Part shown: positions 32,771 to 47,077 of the stretch, in pieces | Numbering within the stretch: position 1 is the stretch's first letter | Layout: each line of letters starts with the position of its first letter | Made by a program: the position numbers and the translations under genes | The notes under the pieces: model-generated | The model's input: only the letters and a program-made list of their open reading frames with translations | What the model was told of the DNA's origin: nothing | The model's database searches: none | From: the human T2T-CHM13v2.0 reference genome, Homo sapiens | DNA: 64,000 nt | Assembly (NCBI RefSeq): GCF_009914755.1 | Contig: NC_060932.1 | Reading direction: 5' to 3' (one strand)

Positions 32771-35199
32771 GAGAGAGAGAGCATGTCCATTTTGGCTCTG
32801 ATGGTCTCACCTTGCTTAGGCATTTTAAAAGTACACCTGACAAGGAGGTGAAAATCCTCCCTCTAATACTGTATCTGCAGTTACAGCTAAGAAAGGCCAA
32901 GGCAAGCATTGGAACCTACTGGGAAGTTGAAAATTTAGGCTGAAGAGCTGCAAGGGGTGACCATTTCTGAAGGTTTGTTAGACAGCAGAATACTTTTACA
33001 AATAAAATTCCTGAAGTCAAGACTCTTGGGTCATCTAAAATTAGACGGGACAAACCCTTGAGAATGAGCTACTGACAGGGACATGAGCAAGGTGAACTGA
33101 TGACTTTTTCTATTTCTAATTTCTGTGAGTCTATAGAAAGGTCTATTTCTTTCAGTATTTTATAATGCATGTTTCTCCTTTAGCCTTCTTTACATTTTTT
33201 CCTCTGATATTTTTATAGATTCTACTTACAAAGCTTAAAATTACAACAAAAATGCCATTTCATACATTATTAAGTTTAGACCATTTAAAATCCTGTCTTG
33301 CAAATTTCTCTTCCTACAGAGCAATGCTGTCCCATCATGTTGCCTTATGTCTGCTGCTATTTTTGAATTACAGCACATTTCATCCACCTTTGATAAGGAA
33401 CTTAATATCCATTGGCAGGTCAACTTGTGACTTTATGCTGTGACTATAACTGCAAATTATGGTGCATATTTCATTTTAAGTTATTCCCTGGGATAGGAAG
33501 CTGGTCCAACGGCAGAACTTTGTGTTATAAAGACTGAAGAAGGAATCTTACAGAAACAATGTTTCCACGGTGGGCAATGCTTACAGGATAGAATGTCAGG
33601 GAAGATTGCAATAAAATATATGGAAGGGAGTTGGGTGCAAAAGAGCAAACACATAACTGGAGAGCAACAGAGATCAGTGTGGGATTGAGGAGTCCAGAAA
33701 AGGTTAAGCATGGAGCTGAGGTTCAGAGAGGGACCCAAGGTCTGACTGGTGCAGGAAGCTAGGCCTTCATGTTTTGAAGATTAGAATAAACAGCTGCAAT
33801 ATTAGGATCTCACCATAGAAGGAAGCTGGGCCCAGGAAGGAGCTGGCACACAGGCTATGGCTTTGGCAAAGGGAAAGGCTGTGGACACTAAACCAACTTT
33901 TAAGTTGAGCTCTGAAGTTCTATAATCATCGTGTCAGGTCAGAAGCTAGTGTTAGTAGCCTGAAGGCGCAGGCATAGGGAAATAAGAATATTGGGGAGGA
34001 ATATCATGGAGTGAGATTTAGAGGAAGAGAGATGGTTACTGACTTTACATCTCTAGATGTACATGGGCCTCCCTTAATTTTAATATTCTTTGCTTTTCGG
34101 CTTTTGTTCAGATACTGTATCCTCTATCTTGGAAGTAAAGTGAAAGGGAATTAAACAAACATTTCTAGAATATCTACCATTTAAAAGGTACTTGGATAAG
34201 CACTTAACATATGTACTCATTGAGCTGTTCCAGGAGAGTGGGTTATTGTTATCTCCATTTCACAGACAATACACAAGCTCAAAGGTTAAGTAACTCACCC
34301 TAGTGTGCACAATTAATAAATGGGGGCCTTTAGATTCACTTCCAGGTGTGTGTGTGTGTGATTCCAGAGTCCTCACTCCTTTCACTCTACCATACTGCTT
34401 CCTAGAGATAGATGTCTAGGATCAGACTCCAGGGACTGGGCCTGGCACACAGCAGGCCCTCTGTAAATCGTTGACTTCCTCTCTCCCTCCCTGTCCTCCA
34501 CCCCTTCTAACCTCTTTAAAGTCCACTGCTTTATTTTCAGGTTTTTAGTTGACTCTATAGAGTTATTGTGTTAGGTTATAAAATCACCTGCATATTCTCT
34601 TTCTTTTCATGAAGGAGGATAATATCCTGAATTTGGAAATTTTGGATAATTTTTTTTGGGGGAGAGGGTAAAGCAAGGATTGATACATTTTTTTTCTTAT
34701 TCTTAAAAGCCAGACTCTCAGACTCTTGGAATATAATGGTTTTTAAGAAATTCATGAAATAAAGGGATTTTCCAATTTTTCAGAGAAAGTGGAAAAAAAG
34801 GGCTCTATTTCAACCTACATGATTTAGCTCCTTGGGCCCAATGACAGCACAGGTCCACATGTCTGAAGCTCACTTTCTTGCATCATTGTTGTTTCTGCTG
34901 CTCAGCTCTTCCTGATCTTATTCCTAATCATGTGACTGTTAAGTCTGCACTTTGCTGGCCCTCCCACTTGTCTTCCAGCCTTGTATTTTTAGATATCTAC
35001 AGGACATTGCTAATTGGAGCTCAAGATGTGAAAAACTGACAACTCCATAATTTTTCTTCAATTTTCCCCACCAAATATGCATCTTTTCTCAATTCTGGAA
35101 TTCTAATGGTCTTTTGGTCCTCATTGGAATAATTTTTGACCACTTCCTCTAATTTCCACTGCCACTGGAATGGACTTAAAATGAATGATCTCAAGTACC

Positions 35200-36940
35200 A
35201 AGTGGGCATCCAACATGGCGCTAAAATCCTAATACAGTTCCCTAGTAATTTACTTCTTTCTTTCTGAGATGATTTTATCCTTTTTTCCTTGAACCTCCTA
35301 AGCTTCCTCTATGTTCTCAATAACTCATCCAGATGACCTGCATCAAGTACCACATCATCTGCCTTCCTTCTGCTTCTATGAAAGAAGCGTGCCTGCTCCT
35401 GCCATTCCACTGTGCTCAGGGTCCCATTCTCTTTCACCTTCTTAACATCTTCCATTCAGCATTATCCCTTCCCTGTCTTGGAAAATCTATTTCTTTCTCT
35501 CTGTTGAATCATTCTGCTAAACACACAAATACAACTTAGTATCACGTATCTCAGAGAACATCCTCCTTTGATCTCATAGCCCTCCTCTGGCATTGTATCA
35601 CTCCTCTGCTCCCCTTCACAGAAACATTCCAGCAAAGAGCCGCCCACCTCTCTCATCCCTTAGTCTTTCCTCAACCCTCCCTAACTGGTCTGTCTTCTAC
35701 CACTCCACTACTGTGGCCATTGTCAAGCTCACCAATGACCTCCCTCTTGCACAAGCAGTGATTTATATACCCAATCAGGGGTGCTCACCCAGCCTAACCG
35801 CCACCTTTCCTTAGAGTGCCCCCTCCTCAAAGCTCTCAGGACCCTTTCCTACCTTGTTTTCCTCTTACCTTGTTGGCCACACATGATCAGTTTCTTTTGG
35901 AAGCTCTCCTCCTCTACAAGACCTTGCTTGAAAAGCCCAAGGACGTTATCTTAGGCTCTCTTCTCTTTCGTTTTTAAATTCTCTTCCTAGAAAATTATCT
36001 CCAGTTATGTAGTCCCTCCCCCACCATATTTATGTGGTTTAAAGTGCCATCTGCAAGCGTATTACTCTCAAATTTACATACAGCTCCAGATGTGATCACC
36101 AGCCTGAGCTTCAGACTCAGATAGCCAACTGTCTACCTGACACCACCATTTTGAAATCCACAAGTATCTCAAACATAACACAGCTGAAATATAATTACAG
36201 ATGTCAGCCTTCATCCACTCTCCTCTTCTCAAGCCTTCCCCGTATCAGTAAATGGTCCTACCATTCACTCATACCCAAACCTAAAGGTTAAACTTGAATC
36301 CTTTCTTTATCCTATAACCTACAATAGTAAGTCTCAACAGTTCCATTCCATGAATATAACCCAACCAATCCACTTATCGTTATTTTCCTGGCTACACACC
36401 TCATGTAAGCCACCATAAGTTTTCATCCCAACTAGCAGAGCAGCAAGGCTCTTACCTCTACTCCTGCTGTTCTAACACCCATGCTCCTCATAGCAACCAC
36501 AATGATCTCTTTAAAATGTATAACATCAAAATACCTTAAAAAAGTACAATCTAAACTCCGAACCGCAGTCCAGAGGGCCCTAAAAAATCTGGCCTCTTCC
36601 TATTTCTCTGATGAAGTCTTCCTTGACTCTCCATCTTGTTACTGTTTTTCAGCCACACTGGCCTTCTTTCCGTCCTTTGAGTATCCCCAGTCCTGACTCA
36701 GGGGCTTTGTACTTGCTCTGTCTTCTGTTTGGAATACATTTCTTCTGTATCTTTGAATAGTCTTTGAATAGTTTTTTCTCTTTAAATTAGTTTTACCTTA
36801 AATGTCCCCTTCTCAGAGAGGACTTCCCTGACAAACTGAGTGCCCTTATCACCTCTACAAAATTAACCTACATGATCTTTTTCACATCCCTTCTGTACCT
36901 GAAATTATCTTATTTATCAACTTGCTTGTTTTTGCTGTCT
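35200..36940 (+). mobile_element. L2, long decayed segment
   Basis: TGTCAAGCTCACCAATGACCTCC, CTGAGCTTCAGACTCA.ATAGCCAACTGTCTAC, CAGCCACACTGGCCTTCTTT motifs. Confidence 0.75.
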
Positions 36941-36944
36941 GTAG

Positions 36945-37435
36945 TTGTATCAGATTTATGGCATAAAAAATCACTCCAAACTTAGTACTAAAACAAACAT
37001 TTATTGAGCTCACAATCCTTTGGGTGGGCCAATTGGACTGAGCTCAAATGGGTGGTATCTGGATTAGGCTGGGTTTATCATGCATCAGCGGCCAGGTGGG
37101 TGGCTCTTCTTCTGGGGGTTGGTTGGCTGTTGGCTGGGGTAACTGGGCACTGGGGCTAGGTTTCTCTTATCATCCAGCAGGCCAGCCCAGGCTTACTCAC
37201 AGGGTGGATAACAGGATTCCTGAGAGAACAGAAATGTACCAGTTCTCTTGAGGTTTCGTTTTGGCACTAGCACAATGTCCCTTCTGCCTCATTCTTTTGG
37301 TCAAAGCAGCCCAAACACTAGAAGTGGGGGAAATAGTCTCTACTGCTTAAGGGGAAGAGCTACAGATTACATTGTAAAGGGATGTGGATATGGGGAGAGA
37401 AGAATTGTAATCATTTTTGCAAACAACCCACCACA
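36945..37435 (-). mobile_element. MLT1 LTR
   Basis: CACTCCAAACTTAGT...CATCCAGCAGGCCAGCCCAGGCTT...CTTCTGCCTCATTCTTTTGGTCAAAGCA. Confidence 0.7.
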
Positions 37436-37514
37436 AGGATATATATTTGCAATTCATTTGGGATTCTTACAATTTGAATCCCTTTTTGAGTTTAATAAAT
37501 TACCTTATGAATCT

Positions 37515-37950
37515 TTGTAGGGCAAAGAATGTTTCCTCCTGTAGGAGCTGAACAAGCTACATAATTTCTTTCCATTAAGGGCACAGGTACTTGTGCAATT
37601 TGGGAGAGAGCAAGGTGCAATAGTAGGCTCCCTGTGGAATTCATTTTCTGGTTAGGGTGACAGCAAAGATGACTGTGCCAGGTTGGTATCACCTTATTTG
37701 CTGTACAATTATGTTCCTGGTGGGAAAGTAGCAAGAGTGCAAGCTGTAGCACCTGGGGCCCTGCTGCGATGAGCTGGTGATTTCCTCATCAGGCCAGTTC
37801 TATGAAAGGTTTTATATGTTGTTCCTGGAATCTTAAGTTTGAAACTTATTCTTTAGCCCTCTTGAAGATTCTGTGAGCCACTCAGTATTCTTCTATTAGA
37901 TTCCTTTTCTGTGTAATTCCCCGGGGTCGGATTTGGTTGCTTGCAATGAA
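37515..37950 (+). mobile_element. Old ERVL-type LTR (LTR16/LTR33-like)
   Basis: 3' part TTCTGTGAGCCAC...ATTCCTTTTCTG...GTTGCTTGCAA resembles ERVL LTR ends. Confidence 0.45.
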
Positions 37951-39315
37951 GAGCTCTATTTTGGCAGCTGGCACCAGGACTGGGGCTTATTTTTCTTATA
38001 TAACAGGAAGAGTGAGGTGGTTGCTAAATTAGTCCAGTTGCTCACACAGCTATCAAGGACTCTTATCTTCCTGCTTGGTTGTCCTTAGTGTATTAACTTG
38101 TAATTTTCATGCTTGTTGCCCCTTAGTGGCTCCAGGTATTACTTCTGTGTTCTAGGCAGGAAGGGGGAAAATGGGACGGCACCAGCTGTGTCTGTTCCTC
38201 TTATCAAGAAAGCAAAAGTTTCTAGGAAGTGCTCCTTTTATCAAGAAAGGAGCTTCTCTTTTGTCAAGAAAGGGGTCTAAACCGATCAGCTGGCCCCCTA
38301 CAGGCATCAGTGATTAGGAAGTACCTGGCTTTCTAGCCTCTATGAGGAAGTCATGCAGGGAGAAAGCTTGAGAATGTGCCAAATTAGGTGATACCCAGTG
38401 CCTATCCCATGATTAGTTTCCCCCTTTAGAATGACAGTTCTTGGGGTCGGTGGCAGGGGCTCTGATTTATTCATTGCTGTCTCTTCTGGGCCCAGAAAAG
38501 CAACTGGCAAATATGCGGTTTCAAAATTCATTGATGACTGACTGATCTTTAATCCGCCATCAAGGTCTAGAGATTTCTTTCTTCAAAATGTGTCTTATCT
38601 CTTGCTTTCATTATAGAACCACCATTTTATTTCAGGCCTGTAGTATATTATTAAAGGTTGTTTTCATGCTGTATTTCTCTCTCCAGTCTTTTCCATCCTG
38701 TGTCTGCATTATATTCTGCTACTAGTGTATCACCTTGAATACCATTTTTATCTTGTCCTTTTCTTTCTCAAAGTATTAGTTATGTTGTAGTAAATCCCAG
38801 TCTCTCAGCTTGGGATCTGACTCCTTGCATAAGCTGGTCTGTTGCCTCTCTGACATCAGCAATTTATTTGGTAATCACTCACAAGTCCAGCTAATCTCAT
38901 GGCCATCTGGTATACACTGCCACATCCAGTGTATGCAAAGGGAGCAGGCTGCACTGTGAAGGGAACAGGAAAGACCAGGACAGGGAAGACTCTCATTCTA
39001 GGTGACAGGTGGCCAAGCTGCTTGGCTGTAAAGGGTAGGGCCGTCAATGACCACTCAGTCTGAACTTGTGCTTAGTCTGCAGCCTCACCAGTGGAACTCA
39101 TATCAGGCACAGGGTCTGACTGGGCTGAAGCAAGACTGGGCTGGCTCAGTCTAATCCGTGGGGTGCTCACAGGAGTCTTGTCATCCCAGAGGAAAAGTGG
39201 AGTGTAAACCAGGATCAACTTCTGTCACAGAGACTGGCCCACAGGGCAGAAGTTGCAGAGGAAGGTGAAAGTCAGTGGCATGTAGGTGTCCAAGGGCTTG
39301 CTGTCCAGCCCAGCA

Positions 39316-39800
39316 GGAAACACATCATTCCTGAACTCTGAGAGAACTTGGGACCAGGAACTTGGTTCTTCTTGGTCTGAGGCTGGAAACACATCATTCC
39401 TGAACTCTGAGAGAACTTGGGACCAGGAACTTGGTTCTTCTTGGTCTGAGGCTGGAAACACATCATTCCTGAACTCTGAGAGAACTTGGGACCAGGAACT
39501 TGGTTCTTCTTGGTCTGAGGCTGGAAACACATCATTCCTGAACTCTGAGAGAACTTGGGACCAGGAACTTGGTTCTTCTTGGTCTGAGGCTGGAAACACA
39601 TCATTCCTGAACTCTGAGAGAACTTGGGACCAGGAACTTGGTTCTTCTTGGTCTGAGGCTGGAAACACATCATTCCTGAACTCTGAGAGAACTTGGGACC
39701 AGGAACTTGGTTCTTCTTGGTCTGAGGCTGGAAACACATCATTCCTGAACTCTGAGAGAACTTGGGACCAGGAACTTGGTTCTTCTTGGTCTGAGGCTGG
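39316..39800. repeat. Minisatellite/VNTR, 7 identical 69-bp units
   Basis: Unit GGAAACACATCATTCCTGAACTCTGAGAGAACTTGGGACCAGGAACTTGGTTCTTCTTGGTCTGAGGCT x7 (39316-39798). Confidence 0.99.
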
Positions 39801-40546
39801 CAAGGAAGAGCACTTTGTGTTGGACCTCAGTGTTGGCAGCTAAGCTGTTGGATCTGGCAGGCACTGGTCTATCTTCCACTTGCCTTTAGTTCTCTACCTT
39901 TATGAGTGCCCTACCTTTTGTTAGAAGCACATTATTTTCTGGTATGCTACAAGTGATATTTTGAAAAGCTCTGGAGACAATTAGGACACATCTGAATTTG
40001 TTTGATGAAAGTAATTTAAATCATTTTTACAATAAAACAGAATAAACATGGATAAAATTGGCATGCTGTTTCAGACAAAATTAAGACTTAAATTTGAAGC
40101 TCTGATTACAATTCTGGTTTATGATTATGTATTCATTCTTTTCTTTCATTAGGGGTACTTAAATGGAAAGAATTGAAACACAGAATTCTAAGGCAAATAA
40201 AAGGCCACTAGAAGCACTGTAATTATTATGGAAGTTGTTCATTAGAGATACATATGCTAGGAATTTAAATCAGAACTCAGAAATTTCCATTTTTAGAATG
40301 AATTAAAAAGACCATGTATGAGATTTTAAAAAATATTCTTTAACAGGAAGGGAGAATTTGTGATGATAGCATATAGTGGGAAGGATGGGAATAAAACTGC
40401 TATTTGAAGAGAATATCTACTTTTTAAGGTAAAAATCTCAAGTCAGTTTAAAATAATTTCAAGGTATTTTTCTTACTCAAAAATCCCTATAATAAATAAA
40501 CATTTAAAATAAATAAATATTAAAATGAATAATTCCTTCTGAATAG

Positions 40547-40893
<347 letters not shown>

Positions 40894-42624
40894 CCCTCCA
40901 AACATTTTAAACTAACAACTTTAATCTAACTGCTTGGTTAGAATGAGAATTCCCTGTGTCATCTCCTCTTAGCAAACTGCAATCTTTTAACATCTTAATA
41001 CTTCTCTCTGGCAGGGTGCTAGGAGCATACCAGGGGAGATTTCTCCAAAATCGCTTCTTCCACTGGCTGCTTCCAATAATTTATTTGAAATCTCAAGGAC
41101 TGCTTATTACTCAAAAAGAAAAGTATAAACCCAGAGTCTACTCGCCTGATTATGCTAAGCATAAAATGCTTTATTGTTTTAAATAATTAGAAATTATTTT
41201 GTGGATTGACTTGTCTCTCAAACTTGATTATATGTTTTGAGGATAGCTGTATTTACTATCATTATTAATAAAGCTATTTCCTTTTATTATAAAAGAAAAT
41301 ATATGCTCTTACAGTATTTCAAACACTCTGGAAGACTTGCTACAGAAGAGGTGATTTATTCCTGACCATCACATTCTTTGGAGGAATTAGCTTTTTTCAT
41401 TCTTTCATTTAGCAAATAAATTATTGAAATCTGATGAAGTGATTATAAGTCAATAATTTTGTCTAAATTAAAAATAAGTTTAGTCAAACAACAAGAATGA
41501 TAATGATACATTGTAATTTAGTGTTGCTTAGAAAATTCTTGGGATATATAGAATGCTATTTTATTTAATAATTCTGTTTCTCCATAAGACTATAATAGAC
41601 TTCAAGAGCTTTTTCATTCTTGTCCTATGCATTAATCAGGATCGCTGTGAATTTTAATTCAGAGTACATTTAGATCGGTTTCATCTGTTCAACAACTGAT
41701 GGAAATGTGAAATTCCATTGTGATTTTTGGGGTACACTTGTTACCTCAGCATAACCTAGACTCTCTTGTCCATTATAGGCCCTACCTATATCACAACTGT
41801 AAATCTACAATTTCTGGAGTTTGTTTCATTGCATGAACAATAATATTCACCTCCTTCACAATTCTTTGTCTCTTAGCTATCCCATGACTCAAATTATCTC
41901 CTCTACATGAATACCTTTCAAATCTTCTCTTATTCTGATCCCTCTCCAAATTTCCAATATAAGATTAATAACTTTCAGACATCACCACCTAGATGTCTAT
42001 GACCTCAAATCTGTTACAAATAGGATGGATTTACCCAACTCTTGATTTAACATTGTTTTTGACACATGTTGTCTGTTTTTGTTAGTGGTACCACAGGGTT
42101 GTAAGACTTGAGCTCCCCACTTAAACAAGGACAGAGCAAGTACTCAGTAAGAGCCAACTCTTTTCCTCTGTGATACTCCTGCTCTATGCAGCTTTTGCTG
42201 AACTATGCTCTGTGTCAGATTATTTAATTACGATACATTATTCATTTAAAGGATTAAATAAATTACCCATCTCCTTGCCTTCTACAACCAATCTATTGTT
42301 ATGTTATTTTGGGTCCACCTCTGAAATTTTTTGGAAATAATTTCCTTCCTTTCTATTCCTATTCTCATTACTCTAAGTCAAGCCCTTATGAACTCTGGAT
42401 TTCACTATTTTTAGAGCTACCTTACCGGTTTCTGTCAGCACTGTGTCCTCCCTCCAAATCATTTGACATAGCAATGTCAAGGACATCTTCAGTTCTGATT
42501 ATGTCATTTCCCTGCTCAAAAACCTTCAGCATTTCCATGTTCAATAGAATAGAACTAAAACTCCTTAGCCCGGCATTTTCCATCTCCACAGTATGGTCTC
42601 CACACATACACAGGCTTCAATGTT

Positions 42625-42855
42625 AGATGGAGAATACTACTGCAAAGTGGTTAAGAGCCTTCATTATTTACTAATTGTGTGACCTTTGGTTAATTACTAC
42701 TCCCTCCTCAACTCCAGTTTTTCTACTTGGAAAAACAGGGATAATAATAGTACATACTTCCTATAGTTGTTATGAGGATTAAATAATTCATTTAAAGCAT
42801 TAACATGCCTGGTAAAATATAAGTAATCAAGACATTTTATTATTATTATTATTAC
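42625..42855 (+). mobile_element. MIR
   Basis: AGTGGTTAAGAGC, TGTGTGACCTTTGG, GTTGTTATGAGGATTAAAT. Confidence 0.8.
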
Positions 42856-44927
42856 AGCATTTTTAGATGAGTACATAAATACATGTTGTATATTTATGGA
42901 ACTTGATATCAATTCAGTTCTTCTCTTTATATGTTTTAGAAATGGGAACATGAGTCTACAGGACTGGGAATTATGGCTCCCTCACCATTCAGTTCCCATG
43001 TATTTCTCATTAGCAATTATTTCTAGATGAAGGGCTATGCCTGTTGTGCTGTATGGAGCACACTGAATGTTGTCATGATTACTTGCCTAAGCAGGTTATT
43101 AATGAAACTCAAGTTTCCACTAAAAAGAAGCAATGTACTGATATATGCTAAAACATAGTTGAACCTCAAAAACATTATGCTAAATAAACAATGCCAGACA
43201 AAAGACCTCCATATTGTGTGTCCATTTATATAAAATGTCCAGAATAGTCAAGTCTATAAAGCCTAGAAGATAGATTAGTGGTTGCTTTGGGCTGTGGGTG
43301 GAAATGAAGAATGACTGCAAATGGAGACAAAGTGTTTTTTTTTGGGTTGATGAAAATGTGTACATATAGTTCCATGTCATTTTATCACATCTGTAACCAC
43401 CACCACAAGAAAGATGCAGAATTGTTTGATTTCATAAAGATCTTGCTTGAGCTACCCCTTTATGGCCATACATTTTTCCCTCCCCGCACTATCGTTAACC
43501 CCTGCCAACCACTAATCTATTCTCAATCTCTGTAATTATGACATTTTGAGAATATTATATAAATTAAATCATATAGCATATGAGTTCATTACCAATAATT
43601 TAACGTAATTATTGATATTCTAAGGTTTAAGTCTGCCATATTATTTTTTGTTTTCTATTTTCTCTGATTTTTCATTTCTTTCTTTCATATACTTCCTGTG
43701 GAATACTTTAACATATTTTAGAATTCTATTTTGATTCTATATTGTTTGTAAGCATATCTCTTTGTATATATTTTTAGTAACTACTCTAAGTATTAAATTG
43801 TACATACATAACTATCAGTCTACTGATGTAGACATTTTACCAGTGTTAAGTGTAGCCCTTTAATTCTCTTTACCCTCCCTCATTTATAATTGTTTTAATA
43901 TTTCCTCTACTTCATTGAGAGCCACATAAGAAAATATTATACTTTTGCTTCAATTGTCAAAAACAATTTAGAAAATTCAGATGGAAAGTTTATTGTATTT
44001 ATTCTTATTTTTGTTCTTTCTGTTGTCCTTTTTTCTTTCCTTATATTCCCAAATTCCTTCTTTTATCATTTACTTTCTGTCAGATAACTTCCTTCAGTCA
44101 TTCTTTTAGAGTAATTCTGCTGGTGACAAATATTCTTAGTTTTCCTTCATCTGAGCATGCCTTGGTTACCTGCATTCCTCAAGGATATTTTTGCCGGACA
44201 TAGAACTGTGGTTGACAGCTCTTTTACTGTAGCACTTAGAAAATGGTTGCAATATCCTTCGGAGCTTCTTGACTTTTGATGAGAAGTCGGCTGTCATTTG
44301 AATTGTTTCCCCCTTTTCCCTTACAGGTAATGTGTCATTTCTCTCTGGTTCCTTTCAAAATTATTTTCGCTGTCTTAAGTTTTCTGAAGTTTGATGATGG
44401 TGTGTCTTAGTGTAAATTTCTTTGGGTTTTTTGTCCTTGGGGTTTGATCAGTTTCTTAAATCTGTAGTTTGTTTTTGCTAAATAAGTTTTCAACCATTAT
44501 TTCTGGGAAAATATTTTGAGGCCCACCTGCTTCCTCCTCTCCTTCTGAGATCTTTTGTTATAGTTCTGCAAGTCCCTGAGGTTCTGTTCAATTTTTTTTT
44601 CAATCTATTTTCTCTCTGTTGTTCAGATTGGGTAATTTCTATTGTACTACCTTCAAGATAACTATATAATTATTTCCTGTCTTTTCCATGATGCTGTTGA
44701 GCCCACTCATTGTGTTTTAAAATTTTGATTACTGTAGTTTTCATTTCCAGAATTTCCATTTGGTTCTTCTTTATATCTTCTATTTCTAAGGCTTTCTATT
44801 ATTTCGTTTGTTTCAAGTCCATTTGGAATTGCTTGTTGAAGTAGTTGTATGGCATCTGCTTTAAAACCCTTGTCAGATAATTCCAACTCTGTGTCATGTT
44901 GATGTTGTCATTTGTTGACTGAAAGTC

Positions 44928-45212
44928 TTTTTTTTTTTTTGAGACAGGGTCTCACTCTGTCGCCCAGGCTGGAATGCGGTGGCACCGTCTCGGCTCACTG
45001 CAACCTCTGTCTCCTGGCTTCAATCAGTTCTCATGGCTCAGCCTCCCGAGTAGGCTACAGGTGCACATCACCATGCCTGGCTAATTTTTGTATTTTTTGG
45101 TAGAGGCGATGTTTCATCGTGTTGGCCAGGCTGGTCTCAAACTCCTGACCTCAAGTGATCCACTTGCCTTGGCCTCCCAAAGTACTGGGGTTACAGGCCA
45201 CTGTGCCTGGCC
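44928..45212 (-). mobile_element. AluS
   Basis: Dimer with small deletions; TSD TGACTGAA(A/T)GTCTTT. Confidence 0.9.
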
Positions 45213-45504
45213 TGACTGAATGTCTTTTGTCATTCAAGTTGAGATTTTCCTTGTTCTTGGTATGATGAGTGCTTTTTAAAGGTTGCATTCCGGACATTTT
45301 GGGTACTATGTTATGAGACTCTGGGTCCTATTTAAATCTTGTGTTTTAGAAGACCTCCTTTGACACTGCTGGCAGAGGAAAGGGAACTCACTCCTCTTTA
45401 CTACCAGATGTGGATGGAAGCTCTGGCCACTTACACTGCCTCATTTGACATCCTGAGGAGGGGTACACCTTATTACTACTGGGCAGGGATGGGACTTCAG
45501 GCTT

Positions 45505-45867
45505 TGATATGGTTTGGCTCTGTCTTCATCCAAATCTCATCTTGAATTGTAGCTTCCACAATTCCCACATGTTGTAGGAGGGAACTGGTGGGAGGTAACT
45601 GAATGATGAGGGTGTGTCTTTCCCATGCTGTTCTCGTGACAGTAAGTCTCATGAGATCTGATGGTTTTATAAAGGGGAGTTTCCCTGCATAAGCTCTGTC
45701 TCTTGCCTGCCATAATGTAAGAAGTCCCTTTGCCCTTCCTTCATCTTCTGCCATGATTGTGAGGCCTGCCCAGCCATGTAGAACTTTGAGTCAATTAAAC
45801 CTCTTTCTTTATAAATTACCGAGTCTTGGGAATGGCTTTATTAGCAGCATGAGAACAGACTAATACA
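45505..45867 (+). mobile_element. THE1 (ERVL-MaLR) solo LTR
   Basis: TGATATGGTTTGGCT...GAACAGACTAATACA, TG..CA ends, 5-bp TSD GGCTT both sides. Confidence 0.93.
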
Positions 45868-46776
45868 GGCTTCCTTTGTGGTCTCATTTACCCTGCAGAG
45901 TGGCGGGGAGTTGGGGAGGGATTTGGGCAGACCCATTACTGCTAAATGGTGGTGAAAGTTCTGGCTTCCCTCTGGGCTTCTTCTGATACGAATAAGAGGG
46001 AGTGTGGTGGCTTTACTACCAGGTGGAGATGGAAGTCTTGGTTCCCCACTTGGCCTTCACTGATATCATCCAGTGTAGGGAAGAGAGGGATGCCTCATTA
46101 TTGCCGGAGAAGGGCACAGGTCGAGGCTTCCCAAGGCAGATAAGAGTATGGTGAGGCCTGGGTATTTTCCTGTGGTGTTTGGCTGCATTGGGCAGGTATT
46201 GCCTAAATGTTTTCTGTCTTACTAGCTTGCCCCTTTCCTGGACCCTTGGCCAGAGAGAGGTGACTTTCATTGGAGCATTTTAAATCTGCTCCTATCGGTG
46301 TTTTTTGGTCACTGGCTTCTCTAGCACCTAGTTTGGGATATATGGGACAAAAAGAAAACCCAGAGAACACACTGCTGTGTCATTCCTTGAGTTTTGTGAT
46401 TCCTAGCCCTCCTGTCTTCTTGTCTGTGTCTTTCAGTGTATTTGCTTTATATATAATGTCCGGGGTTTTCGGTTGTACTTAGTGAGAGGAATAGGGAGAC
46501 GTGGTCTCCTCCATTTCGGTCTGGACTATTCTCTGCAACTAATCTGACCATTTCGTTTTGCCATTCTGCCTTACAATGTAGGAGTATTGACTTACATGAC
46601 CTACAAGTAACTTGCATAAAGACATGAAAAGGCAAATAATGGGGTTTATCAAAGATACCTCTCCACTGTTAAAAATTAAGCTTTGAAATCCTATCATAAG
46701 AATGAATGCTAAATAAAAAGAAAACCTAAAATATTTTCAACATGTGGATATGTAATTTTTTTTGAAAGAAGCGATA

Positions 46777-47077
46777 TTCGCAAGAACAAAAAACCAAACA
46801 CCGCATATTCTCACTCATAGGTGGGAATTGAACAATGGGAACACATGGACACAGGAGGGGGAACATTACACTCTGGGGACTGTTGTGGGGTTGGGGGAGG
46901 GGGGAGGGATAGCATTGGGAGATATACCTAATGCTAGATGACGAGTTAGTGGGTGCAGCGCACCAGCATGTCACATGTATACATATGTAACTAACGTGCA
47001 CATTGTGCACATGTATCCTAAAACTTAAAGTATAATAAAAAAAAAACAAAATAAAAAACTTAGAAAAAAAAAAAAAA
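46777..47077 (+). mobile_element. Young L1 (L1PA2-like, non-Ta) 3' end
   Basis: GCTAGATGACGAGTTAGTGGG (GAG, not ACA); perfect TSD GAAAGAAGCGATA at 46764-46776 and 47078-47090. Confidence 0.95.

Larger units (their letters stand above)
43115..46550. mobile_element. Cluster of old L1M fragments (short + piece about 43115-43350, long - L1MC/MD-type segment after)
   Basis: GAACCTCAAAAACATTATGCTAA; ATTCCTCAAGGATATTTTTGCCGGACATAGAA; TGCTGTTGAGCCCA; interrupted by Alu and THE1. Confidence 0.7.

Noticed and set aside
39225-39843. Repetitive 156-192 aa ORFs; CRISPR-like appearance
   Set aside because: Units are head-to-tail with no spacers and no cas genes. ORFs arise because a stop-free 69-bp unit is divisible by 3, and the plus ORF starts at GTG.
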